From Octopus sinensis (lineage: Eukaryota): a DNA stretch of 27,157 bases. The notes under the pieces were generated by a model, which was given only the letters and a program-made list of their open reading frames with translations, was not told the origin of the DNA and made no database searches. This document shows positions 1-10,619 of the stretch, in pieces. Each line of letters starts with the position of its first letter. The first letter of the stretch is position 1. The position numbers were made by a program, and so were the translations under genes. Location of the stretch: NCBI RefSeq assembly GCF_006345805.1, contig NW_021834097.1:1-27157 (forward strand). The letters are read 5' to 3'.

Positions 1-153
1 GAAGAATAAACTATAACTGAAAGAAGAAATAAACCTGTGCTCGATGGTAGAGTGCTTGAATGCGATTAAGGATCTGTCTAAGTGCTTCTAGGTATATATG
101 TGGATATGTGCCAATACATTGAGCGTGTGTATATGGCTGTGTGTGTGTATATA

Positions 154-573
154 GGCGCAGGAGTGGCTGTGTGGTTAGTAGCTTGCTAAACAACCACATG
201 GTTCCGGGTTCAATCCCACTGCGTGGCATCTTGGGCAAGTGTCTTCTGCTATAGCCCCGGGCCGACCAATGCCTTGTGAGTGGATTTCGTAGACGGAAAC
301 TGAAAGAAGCCTGTCGTATATATGTATGTATATGTATATGTATGTATGTGTATGTGTTTGTGTGTCTATGCTTGCACCCCTAGCATTGCTTGACAACCGA
401 TGCTGGTATGTTTACGTCTCCGTCACTTAGCGGTTCGGCAAAAGAGACCGATAAAATAAGTACTGGGCTTACAAAAAATAAGTCCCGGGGTCGATTTGCT
501 CGACTAAAGGCGGTGCTCCAGCACGGCCGCAGTCAAATGACTGAAACATGTAAAAAAGTAAAAGAGAGTAAGA
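154..573 (+). mobile_element. tRNA-derived SINE, type A (about 420 bp, internal TA/TG microsatellite), full length
   Basis: A-box-like tggctgtgtgg and B-box-like gggttcaatccc in the head. Homologous to four or more other copies in the window. (AGAGTA)-like tail. Flanked by a 25-bp direct repeat gtata(tgg/cga)ctgtgtgtgtgtatata at 129-153 and 574-598 (TSD). Probably one of the published octopus tRNA-derived SINEs (OK/OR1/OR2), but I cannot assign which from memory. Confidence 0.9.
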
Positions 574-910
574 GTATACGACTGTGTGTGTGTATATATA
601 CACACATGTCCTAAGGTCCTAATTATATGCTCAGTCATCGTAAAATTAATTTCACATTAATCTGAGGGACTATTTTAGAATTATATAAGAGTGCAAATTT
701 ATTATTCTTAAACATTATTATTCGGCCAGCTGATCGATCATTCTACGTTGCATGAAACTTTGGAGTCATTGGCAATAATATTTGTATTTATAAGCATATG
801 TCTGTGTGACTGTGGATGTATATTGAGATATGTATATTTATTTGCGTGTTAATGTGTTTCAGCGTATAACTGTATTTGTATACACGTACTCAAATGCATT
901 TATATACGTA

Positions 911-1105
911 TAACGGGAAGGTTTACGAAAATAAACAAAAGACGAAGGCAGGTTAATTACAAACAAACAATTGTATTAGTATGGCGCTCAGGAATAGAAA
1001 TAGAACAAGTCTTTTACGTTTCGAGCCTACGCCCTTCGACAGAATAATACACAGAAAAGAAACAAGGAGAGAAAAAAATGCGTGTAGGAGCTAACGGTCT
1101 ATCAT
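911..1105 (-). mobile_element. Short repeat with hammerhead-like core, probable Penelope-like element terminal fragment
   Basis: Minus strand reads ctgtcgaagggcgtaggctcgaaacgtaaaagac, followed by a tail homologous to 25060-25145 and ending in TA-rich sequence at about 900-910. Confidence 0.55.
1010..1047 (-). ncRNA. Minimal type I hammerhead-like motif with variant core (CUGUCGAA)
   Basis: UUAUU-CUGUCGAA-GGGC-GUAG-GCUC-GAAAC-GUA-AAAGA: 4-bp stem II, ACGU palindromic stem III, imperfect stem I. The core deviates from canonical CUGANGA. Confidence 0.4.
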
Positions 1106-1185
1106 GTGTGTATATTATTGTGTGTACATATATAAGTTTGATGCTGGATATATATGAATGCTTACGTTTATATGCTTGTATCCGT

Positions 1186-1446
1186 GGGGGAGGCGCGTGG
1201 TTTAGTGGTTAGGGTGTCAGCATCATGATCGTAAGTTTGCGTTTTCGATTCCTGGAACGGGCGACGCGTTGTGTTCTTGAGCAAAACACTTCATTTCACG
1301 TTGCTCCAGTCCACTCAGCTGGCAAAAATGAGTAACGCTGCGATGGACTGGCGTCCTGTCCAGCTGCGGAACACATACGCCATTGAAACCGGGAAGCCGG
1401 GCCCATGAGCCTGGCTAGGCTTTAAAAGGGTGCATTTAATATTTAT
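1186..1446 (+). mobile_element. tRNA-derived SINE, type C1, full length
   Basis: A box tggtttagtggttag and B-box-like ttcgattcc. Central block cttgagcaaaacacttcatttcacgttgctccagtccactcagctggcaaaaatgagt is shared with 13593-13841, 15079-15387 and 20964-21154. 7-bp TSD tatccgt at 1179-1185 and 1447-1453. Confidence 0.9.
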
Positions 1447-1904
1447 TATCCGTATGCGCGAGAATGTGTGAGGTACATCAATTTGCATTGGAAATATTTA
1501 CGGCGCATGTGTGCCTCTCATTGTGTGCTTTAGACTATGTAGTTGAGCATGTGCATTATGTTTTGTGTATACTTGTATGTATGTGCGTGTGTATATGTAT
1601 ATACATATGTGGCAACATGTTGTTTGCTAGCCACACGCACGCAGAGACGCGCAATAAGTGGTACAATTGAGCAGATAAATCTCGCGAATTCCATGTCAAA
1701 GATCAACTGATGAACAGATACAATTTCTAATGAAAACATAAGCAGTTTGAATTAACATCTTTAGACAATAGGAAACTTGCAGCTCATTGCTTAAGTAAAA
1801 GTTTATATTGATTGAACAGTGAATGAATGACGCAAAGTCTTTTCAAATGTTAAAATGTAGAGAAACAATTTCATGCCTCAAAGAAAATATCTCTCAAAGA
1901 CAAT

Positions 1905-2090
1905 GAATAGATACATATACATACATACGCACATATGTATGTATTATGTATGTGTATGTGTATATATATACATATATAAATATATATATATATATATGCA
2001 TATATTGTATGTATATATATATATGTTTGTTGTATATATGTATATATGTGTGTGTATATATATGTATATATGTATATATATGTATATATA

Positions 2091-2146
<56 letters not shown>

Positions 2147-2165
2147 ATATATGTATATATATATA
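1905..2165. repeat. Compound (TA)n/(TG)n microsatellite
   Basis: Directly visible dinucleotide runs. Confidence 0.95.
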
Positions 2166-2274
2166 GTGGTGGTAAGTTGTCAGCTTAATGTGACAGTCAC
2201 ATGAAAGGGAATAATCCTACTGCTATTTAGCCCTAGGAAGCACTTAGACCTTTCCTGTGTTCGATCGATCTATC

Positions 2275-2302
2275 TATATAAATACATGTATATATGTATA
2301 TA

Positions 2303-2358
<56 letters not shown>

Positions 2359-2446
2359 ATATAAATATAGATAGATCGATAGATAGATAGATAGATAGAT
2401 ATATAGATAGATAGATAGATATATAGATATAGATAGATAGATATAT
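2275..2446. repeat. (TA)n followed by (GATA)n microsatellite
   Basis: Directly visible. Confidence 0.95.
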
Positions 2447-2460
2447 CTTTCTCTCATTAG

Positions 2461-2830
2461 ATGGTTCCTAGGGTAAACGTCTTACATTATAGACACAGGA
2501 AAACCAAGCCAGTGTGAGCGAATTTCCTGGTCGGAAACTGAAAGAAGCTTGTGTGTGTGTGTGAGTGTGTATGTGTGTATGTGTATGTGAGCGTGTGTAT
2601 GTGTGTGTGTCTCTTTGTATCTGTGCTTGTCGCCTATCAACACTTGTGAACCGGTGTTCGTGTGTTTACATCCTGTAACCTAACGTTTCAGCAATGACTG
2701 GGTAGGATAAGTATTAGGCTTAAAATAAATTACTCTTAGGGTTGCTTTATTAGACAAAACTCCCTCCAAGGCGGTGCTCCAGTCTGGCCGCAGTCAACAA
2801 ATGGCTGAAACAAGCAAAGGATAAAAGATA
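2461..2830 (+). mobile_element. Diverged SINE type A copy lacking most of the head
   Basis: Matches the 154-573 copy at ggaaactgaaagaagc, the internal TG repeat, and ggcggtgctccagtctggccgcagtc...ctgaaacaag. Confidence 0.8.
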
Positions 2831-2840
2831 GAAAACATCC

Positions 2841-3062
2841 TATATATATATATATATATATATACAATATATAATGTATACATTTACATATTTATATATA
2901 CATATATATATGTACATATATATAAATAAATATATATATATATACATACATATATATATATATATACATATATAAATATATATATATACATATATATATA
3001 AATATATATGTATATGTATACATACAGACACACATTCACACACACACACATATATATATATT
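2841..3062. repeat. (TA)n/(CA)n microsatellite
   Basis: Directly visible. Confidence 0.95.
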
Positions 3063-3329
3063 TTACATACATATTTGTGTAGTCTTGCATTTCTTTGAAT
3101 TTGAATAATTCACTGTTGTAATTATGAATTTCATTATAATTTGCATTAATTTCAGCGCATTTCGGCTATTATAAATAATGGACTTTCATATATTTCTGTC
3201 ACATTTCCTTATTTTCTTCTCCAGTCTATTTCCATTATTTCTTCCCCTCCCCCGCCACGGTTTAACACCCTCGTAAGCGTTCAAAAAAAATTTTCAATAA
3301 CCTTCTCAATTATCGTTATCACAATAAGG

Positions 3330-3387
3330 TTATTATTATTGTTATTATTATTATTATTATTATTATAATAATTATTATTATTATTAA

Positions 3388-3420
<33 letters not shown>

Positions 3421-3434
3421 CATTATTATTATTA

Positions 3435-3465
<31 letters not shown>

Positions 3466-3571
3466 ATTATTATTATTATTATTATCATTATTATTATTAT
3501 TATTTTATTATTATTATTATTCATTTCTTATTATTATTATTATATTATTATCATTATTATTATTATTATTA

Positions 3572-3624
<53 letters not shown>

Positions 3625-3656
3625 TATTATTATTATTAATTATTATTATTATTATT
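3330..3656. repeat. Long (ATT)n trinucleotide microsatellite
   Basis: About 325 bp of interrupted ATT repeats. Confidence 0.97.
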
Positions 3657-4145
3657 AAATTTTTTATCATTGTTATCTTCATTTAAGAATTTCTGAACTT
3701 AATTTTAAAATCATTAATTCATATATTTCAATGTTAATTATATGATACGATTTTGAACAGGTTTCCATACAACTTTTTCAGATTATTAATATTCAATATA
3801 AGATAACTACTCACGTACAAATACGAATAGAGAACCAACGGACACGGACACACACACAAACACCTACACACACATACACACATGTATATACAGGCATATA
3901 TGAATGGGTATAGATGTACATAATAATAAAAGTGCAAATAACTTAAGCTGTTGATTTACGCTGGATTTCCTTGAGTTCATTGTTTCCAAAAAACAAAGCA
4001 CCCGTACATAATTACATATAGATCGAAGAATCTTACATGCACACACGCAGTATGTGTGTTTCTCAGTGTATCGGCGTGGCGTAGGGGAGGGCTAGATCGG
4101 TAGACAGAGACACAGATAAATAGATAGATAGATGGATAGATAGAT

Positions 4146-4290
4146 AATTTTCTTTATTGGCCACACAGGGCTGAAGACAGAGGGAACAAATACAACTGTA
4201 GAGCTTTTCTTCCCGAAAATAAAAAAAAACGGGGGGGGGATAAGCAAAGAAAGTAAAATTCTGATCAAAAGCGACCGGGCAAAAGTAGAT
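4146..4290 (-). repeat. Unclassified repeat fragment sharing the SINE-B 3' terminus, embedded in (GATA)n
   Basis: tttctttattggccacacagggctgaagacagagggaacaaa aligns with the SINE-B end tttctttattacccacaagggactaaacacagaggggacaaa. The rest does not match SINE B. Confidence 0.45.
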
Positions 4291-4314
4291 AGAGAGATAG
4301 AGAGATCGACGAAC

Positions 4315-4520
<206 letters not shown>

Positions 4521-4522
4521 AG

Positions 4523-4750
4523 AGATGGATATTGTTTCTCCGTGGAGATGATATCTCAAGAACCTCTCGAGGGATTCGGATGAAACTTTCAAGGCTGTTT
4601 AGCCTCGTGATTTTGGGATCGATCCGGTACAGGACAAGGATTCTGGATTATTTTTCCGGTGATTTTGCTTAATTTTCGAGACCGATTCAGGTTCATTTTA
4701 AGTATTCTCGTTTGTGAGAGCAGTCGATTTTATTTCAGTATATATTCTAG
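4523..4750. repeat. Probable interspersed repeat fragment, unclassified (possibly a non-autonomous Helitron/Helentron type)
   Basis: The motif gatatctcaagaacc...cggatgaaactttca next to a tetranucleotide repeat resembles such elements as I remember them. Single copy in this window, so not verifiable here. Confidence 0.3.
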
Positions 4751-4751
4751 T

Positions 4752-5054
4752 ATAGTTCTTCTATAGACTTGGATCGACCAAATCTTTAGGGTGGATTTGC
4801 GAAACGAAACGGAAAGAAGCCCATCGTGTACGTATCTGTGTGTGTGACTGTGTATGTGTCTTTGTGTTCGTCCACCCACCATTGATTGACCACCGGTGTT
4901 GGTGTGTTTACGCCTTCGTAACTTAGCGGTTCGACATAAGAGACAGAGAAAAAATACTAGGCTTGAAAAAATAATTTCTGGAATCGATTTGTCCGACGAA
5001 AATCTTTCAAGACGGTGCCCCAGCTTGACCGCACTCAAATGACGAAAACAAGTA
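4752..5054 (+). mobile_element. 5'-truncated SINE type A copy
   Basis: Matches type A from cttctatag...gaccaaa through gtaacttagcggttcg to ccgcactcaaatgacgaaaacaagt. Confidence 0.85.
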
Positions 5055-6110
5055 TGAGTCAAATGTATACTTTAAACAAATAATAAAGAGAGAACATATA
5101 TGGAATTCAAAGTTTTGTAGGACATACACGTGTGTCATAAAAATGCCGAAATAATTACATAACAAGGAGAGACGTTATGCAGTGTTAGAGTATATCTCAT
5201 CAGTGTCCAGCCACAAGTACAACGATCCATGGCAAAGCTCCGAGTATATACACTTTTCCTCCTTATGCAAATGAAACGTCGCAGGCTGCACAAATGGAAG
5301 ACAAAGCATCACATGAACGACGTCAGAACTACGCCAGGCTTCTATCAAAAGCAACAAGTGGGAGAGAAAGAAGGAGAAAAGGAGAGAAAGAAAGACGGGG
5401 GATTTAGTAAATCGAGAAGGCCAAACGATTGATAGAGAGAAGTTATTATGCCATAAACTACACGTGTGTAGCTAGTAAGACACAAATACATGTCCGACAC
5501 AAAAGACGTGTGTATAATACGTTCATAGAAATACAAAGGGTGTCTCTCTTTTCGTATAATAAAGCATTGCTGTAACACTGGTTAATTATGCCAATTAATA
5601 CTGAACAGAGTGTGAGTAATTAAAATGACGGCGTCTGCGTTGTCTGCTCGGAGACGGATATGACGACACTCGTGAAGGAAAACAAAAGAGTTTTCTTTAG
5701 AAAGGAAAACCGTGATTTTGTTTGATAGAAGGGAATATTATAACATGGATTATGCATTCCCGGCGGAAGAATTATCACTGTTGACGTGAATGGGAAGACG
5801 GGGTCGGGATAGACGGTGGAGGGGGTGAATATCACTGATTCAGTAACAGAAAAAAGAGAAAACGTAAAAAGAGAAAAAAATATTAAAATAAAAACGTTAG
5901 GTTGGGCTTGGTATGTTTTGATTAGCGTATGACTACTTGTTGATGACAAATTATAATTAGTGGAAATGTCAACGCTTGAATGAATATGGCGGCTCAAGTA
6001 TTATATTTTTAATTATGAGGTTATATACGAGCGTGATTAGTAGCAGAGCAGTGCATTGCATTAAAGTGCATGCACACATACATGCAAATGTGCATCCACA
6101 CATCCATACT

Positions 6111-6149
<39 letters not shown>

Positions 6150-6387
6150 CAGTTATAATAGTAATGCAAAATTAACCTAAAGGGTTACTCCATACTTTTG
6201 TAGAGAATAAATTTATTATTTTGTCAGACGGTTAGTCTTTACAATGATTTCCATGATGGCTTAGGCGACCGAAAATTCCAAGTCATTATCGATATTAAAT
6301 TTGCTCAAGAATAATACATAAATACACACACACACATATGTATATATGAATGTATGTATATCAGTAGTAAATATCCCCATTTCTTTC

Positions 6388-6436
<49 letters not shown>

Positions 6437-6439
6437 TGT

Positions 6440-6557
6440 TTATTTCCGCTTATTCCTTTCCGTTGAAGAGCGTGGACTCGAAACGTAAAGAAGACAACCT
6501 TCAAAGATACCCGGAGTGGGTCCACTCCGGGTATAATTATCAAGTACTCACCCCGAA

Positions 6558-6560
<3 letters not shown>
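6440..6560 (+). mobile_element. Short repeat with hammerhead-like core and a 13-bp-arm perfect palindrome, between (TA)n tracts
   Basis: ctttccgttgaagagcgtggactcgaaacgtaaag at 6456-6490 is the same motif family as 1010-1047. The palindrome is atacccggagtgg-gt-ccactccgggtat at 6507-6534. Confidence 0.5.
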
Positions 6561-6592
<32 letters not shown>

Positions 6593-7140
6593 GTATATAT
6601 ATATATATGCGTGTGTGTGTGTGCGTTTGCGTGTATGTGTATGTATGTATATAGACGCTTTGAAACGACATGCAGACGCAGGTGCTACCGGTCGAAAACT
6701 TCGCATGCCGGAAGCCAGCAAGTGTATGGGGTCATCAGGAAAGAATGTGCGTCGTTTCGGAGCTACCTCTCGACGGTATCAATGTACAGATATGAGGGCC
6801 TCCGCTTTCTAGATCAACTGGTTATCAAATAAAGCTCAATATTCTTCTAGCAATCATTCATCGTCTCTTTTTAACCAATTTCAGTGGCGTCCATGTTATC
6901 ATCAAGAGGAACCGTTAACTCGACTAGTTTCACCACTTACTTTATTTCACACCACCTTATAATATCGGTTTTCTCGTAACTTGGATGGGAAAGAATTCTT
7001 GGCACTTTGGTAAATCTGCAGCCACCTCCCTATAGTCGTTCCATATTTCATTGCTCACATGAAGTTTCTTATTTTTCTTGAAACAAATCTACTGTCCTGA
7101 GCGCACGAAGATAATGAAATTTCTGGTTGTTTTTTTTTTT

Positions 7141-7385
7141 TCGTTGGTCTCCCAATTCTTTCAATTCTGTCTCGATTGCTTCGTTCTTTTCAGTATTGAC
7201 CGAAATTGCTTAACTAAATTGTCTTCCCACCGTCATGGACGCCTTCCAACTTACCATCTTCGATCTCTTGGTTGTCCCATGGCAATTGTTGTCTCTGAAC
7301 CTTGCGACATGTCCGGCCCAGCAAAACTTGTATATTCAGAACATATTCGAAATTATAGCATTTCGAATGTGCTCTGTTAGGAAAT
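7141..7385 (-). pseudogene. Decayed RTE-clade LINE ORF C-terminus
   Basis: Manual minus-strand translation gives LTEHIRNAII...KFCWAGHVARFRDN, then after a frameshift PRDRRW*VGRRP*RWEDNLVKQF. This is the WxGHVAR / PRxxKRxxGRPxxRW signature of RTE proteins, with stops. Confidence 0.75.
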
Positions 7386-7415
7386 TATGAAAATGATAAA
7401 AACGTTTAATGTATA

Positions 7416-7832
7416 TATTTCTTTACTATCCACAAGGGCCTAAACACAGAGGCGACAAAGAAGGACAGACAATCGGATTAAGTTGATTACATCTACTCCA
7501 GTGCGTAACTGGTACTTATTTAATCGATCAGGAAAAGATGAAAGGCAAAGTCGACCTCGGCGGAATTTGAACTCACAACGTAACGACAGACGAAATACCT
7601 ATTTCTTTATTACCCACAAGGGACTAAACACAGAGGGGACAAAGAAGGACAGACAATCGGATTAAGTCGATTATATCGACCCCAGTGCGTAACTGGGACT
7701 TATTTAATCGACCAGGAAAAGATGAAAGGCAAAGCTGACCTCGGCGGAATTTGAACTCACAACGTCACGACAGACAAAATACGACTACACATTTTCGTCC
7801 GGCGTGCTAACCACTCTGCCAGTTCGCCACCT
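7416..7832 (-). mobile_element. SINE type B dimer: full unit 7832-7600 plus head-less unit 7599-7416
   Basis: Two tandem homologous units. A-box/B-box-like head (tggcagagtgg, gagttcaaattcc). One 17-bp TSD aaaacgtttaa(t/c)gtata at 7399-7415 and 7835-7851 flanks the whole dimer. Confidence 0.9.
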
Positions 7833-8499
7833 CTAAAACGTTTAACGTATAATGTTAAGTCCACTGTCAAAATAGGGGGAGCTAGGTGTTATTAGCCAAA
7901 ACTGCGAAACTAAAAATTCGTAATTGTACCCGTACCAGTTTTATGTACAATTTTTCTCTGTGAGTCAAAGTCGTTCAGTTGAATACTGGAAACTACTATT
8001 GCTTGTTTAGTTTATGTATTTTGTGTTAGGCATTTATGGATTTATTTTACGCGCCAGGAACTCGCCAGGACTCTTTTCTTGCCGGATTTTAAATAATTTC
8101 TGTGTCACATTTAGGTGAGTACAAAAAGTCTCTTAAGATATGTTATGTTATAATATTTGTGTGATTGTCGATCCCTGCATTTGTGGCAGCTTTTTAGTAA
8201 TTTTTCTAGCTATTTTCTGTTAAAATAAATGTTAAAATTTATATAAATAGCTAGATGATGTATGAATTAATTTTTCATGAAGCAAAATTTTTGTATTAGA
8301 CAACTAACAGGAAATTTTGTATAATGGTTACTCAGCAAGTTTTTTATGAAGAAATTTTGTGAGAATTTAAAGCAACCAAGATTTTTTGTTTGACAATTTA
8401 ATTTTTTAATTATAATTATTGATGTAGTCTGGCAGCCGTTTTGTGTCATGAACTTTTAGTTTAAATGGTTGCTTTGACATTAGATTTATTTATGTTTAG

Positions 8500-8705
8500 G
8501 TCCAAGGTTCGAAAACCGAATTTGTGAAGCGAGATTTTATGAAATCCAAATTTTCGGAATCCATAATTTTTGATCCCCGATTTTGTGAAGACAGATTTTA
8601 TGACATTCCAATGTTCGAAATACAAGGTTGAACACCGAATTTGTTACGAATCTAAGTTTGTGAAATCAAGTTGGTGAAGCCGGGTTTCTGAGTTCGAATT
8701 TCTGA
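8500..8705. repeat. Degenerate 15-bp-period minisatellite with higher-order (about 60 and 120 bp) structure
   Basis: Units resemble cgaatttgtgaaatc. ccga(a/t)tttg recurs at 8516, 8577 and 8635. Confidence 0.7.
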
Positions 8706-9040
8706 ACTATATATATATATTACCTTTATAAATATTTTCACTGCGTGTCTAGTGTAGCATTAATTTTTATTTGTTCGAATATATTTGTTTTGTATGTAGG
8801 CTGTTTTTTTTTTTGCTAAGAATTGTTAATATTTTATAAAAAAAACTTCATGGTGTTTTGTTGTTTTCGGTTCACCCCATTTTTGTTGGTTGTATAAACT
8901 CGGGTTATGGCCACCAGGTCGTAACAGCTCCCTTAATGATATTCCTACTTTGGATCTTCCCATGTCCCCTTGCGTCGTAGACAATCGATGTTTTGTCCCT
9001 TTCGTTGTAGTCTACGTTTCGTTTGCGTATAAAAGCGCCG

Positions 9041-9468
9041 GGATGTTTTCGGTTTGAACGGCAGTTTTTCTAGCGGTGTCATATGAAATTGTCACCCATA
9101 ATTATGACCCTAGTACCTATCTATTGCATTTAAATCTGTTTTAGGGTTAGGGTTCGTTAGTGTTAGTTAGGGGTGGGGGAAGGGTATCTTTTTTCTTCAC
9201 AAACGTAAATAAACCCAATCTGTTTCTTAAACGAGCGACATATTCATACGGCACAGAATGTGTTCACCTCAATAGACGTCATTGATTAGTTGAAATTGCA
9301 GAAATTGAAGAAAAAAAACAACAAATATCTTACACACTATAGAATTTTCTTAATAAAGGCAAGAGAAAAAGATGTTGTATAAACACATTCTACCAGTATA
9401 CGAAGTTTAAAAGTGTTTAGTTACTTGGAAATTATTTTAAAAAACTGCCGTTCAAACCGAAAAGTTCC
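9041..9468 (+). mobile_element. Non-autonomous DNA transposon (MITE), copy 1
   Basis: TIRs of about 29 bp (ggatgttttcggtttgaacggcagttttt / aaaaaactgccgttcaaaccgaaaagttcc). TSD aagcgccg at 9033-9040 and 9469-9476. Homologous to 12091-12471. Confidence 0.92.
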
Positions 9469-9596
9469 AAGCGCCGGGTAGGACAGTGCTATTCACGAAT
9501 GTCGAAGACATTTAGCTCAAAGGATGAGCTCCACACAAAGCTACACAATATACCATAAATACACACACATACGCACACGCGCACTCGCACACGCGG

Positions 9597-9628
<32 letters not shown>

Positions 9629-10223
9629 GCGCTCACGCACACGCACACATATTTGCGGGCATGAGTGTGTTTATTTGTGTGTGAAGGTGTTTGTGTATAT
9701 TCGCTATTTTTACTTCCCATAAAGGCACATACACACAGACATCTTCTCTTCTCCTTTCTCTTCCGTCTTCCTTTGTCGACGGAAAATGAATTTATCTAAT
9801 ATTCCTGACATGTTTATATCCATTTCTGCCGTTTATATGGATCGTCCTAAAAGAACCTTTTATAAGCAAAGCTGTGAATACGCTGCACCATATCAGTGTT
9901 CGATATCGATTTTCTGTAATATTTTGCTTGCCTTCCATTGTTTCTCTAATGTTTCCTTTTGTTTCAATTCTTGTCCCACAATCGGGAGCGGCGAAACAAC
10001 AAATGGGGATTGTGAAATTGTTTTCAGTTTCCATTAGCACTTGATTCCACTTCTCAGTACACTCTTTTTCTTCGTCTTGATGGATAGAAGGGAGACCGAC
10101 AATCAGACACAAAGTCTAAGAGACAGACAGATAGACAGAGAAGTTAGAAACACAGAGAAGCAGAATGCTAAGTTGCTGGATTAAAAGATAATCAGACACA
10201 CAGAAAAACACACACACAAATTG

Positions 10224-10619
10224 TTACTCGTTTAATCATTTACTTGTTTCAGTCATTTGACTGTGGCCATGCTGGAGCACCGCCTTTAGTCGAGGAAATC
10301 GACCTCAAGACTTATTCTTTGTAAGCCTAGTACTTATTCTATCGGTCATTTTTGCCGAACCGCTAAGTTACGGGGACGTAAACACACCAGCATCGGTTGT
10401 CAAGCGATGTTGTTGGGGGGGGGGGGCAAACACACACGCAAAGATACACATATAAATATACATATATACGACAGGCTTCTTTCAGTTTCTGTCTACCAAA
10501 TCCACTCACAAGTCTTTGGTCGGCCCGAGCCTATAGTAGAAGACATTTGCCCAAGGTGCCACGCAGTGGGACTGAACCCGGAACCATGTGGTTCGTAAGC
10601 AAGCTACTTACCACACAGC
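10224..10619 (-). mobile_element. SINE type A, nearly full length and well preserved
   Basis: Reverse complement aligns with 154-573 along its length; lacks about 12 nt of the 5' end. Confidence 0.92.

Noticed and set aside
154-230. tRNA-like heads with A and B boxes
   Set aside because: They are SINE heads continuing into SINE bodies. I found no complete cloverleaf with an acceptor stem, so no tRNA gene is called.
11-614. Similar ORF peptides recurring at 11-614, 10397-10630, 7483-7665, 11100-11309 and 14718-15086
   Set aside because: The similarity comes from SINE copies, not from a gene family.
2231-2502. ccctaggaa and tttcctgtgt with reverse complements on the far side of the microsatellite block
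   Set aside because: The two motif pairs occur in an order incompatible with a single inverted repeat, and the right-hand copies lie within a diverged SINE-A.
3139-3146. Octamer ATTTGCAT motifs (also at 1481 and 6082)
   Set aside because: A few hits are expected by chance in 27 kb of AT-rich DNA, and there is no promoter context.
5175-5432. Non-repetitive stretch with ORFs in several frames
   Set aside because: No recognisable protein motif or convincing splice sites. The CTGATGA on the minus strand near 5198 has no matching GAAA or stems.
6647-7130. GC-richer unique-looking sequence downstream of the decayed RTE
   Set aside because: It could be another element or an exon, but manual translation gave no recognisable motif. 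It needs BLASTx.
7877-8936. Possible TIR pair gggagct / agctccc with TTAA at the right end (Kolobok-like)
   Set aside because: Only 7 bp match exactly and there is no TTAA at the left end.
9792-10112. 106-aa minus-strand ORF in non-repetitive sequence
   Set aside because: No recognisable domain, and this length is attainable by chance.
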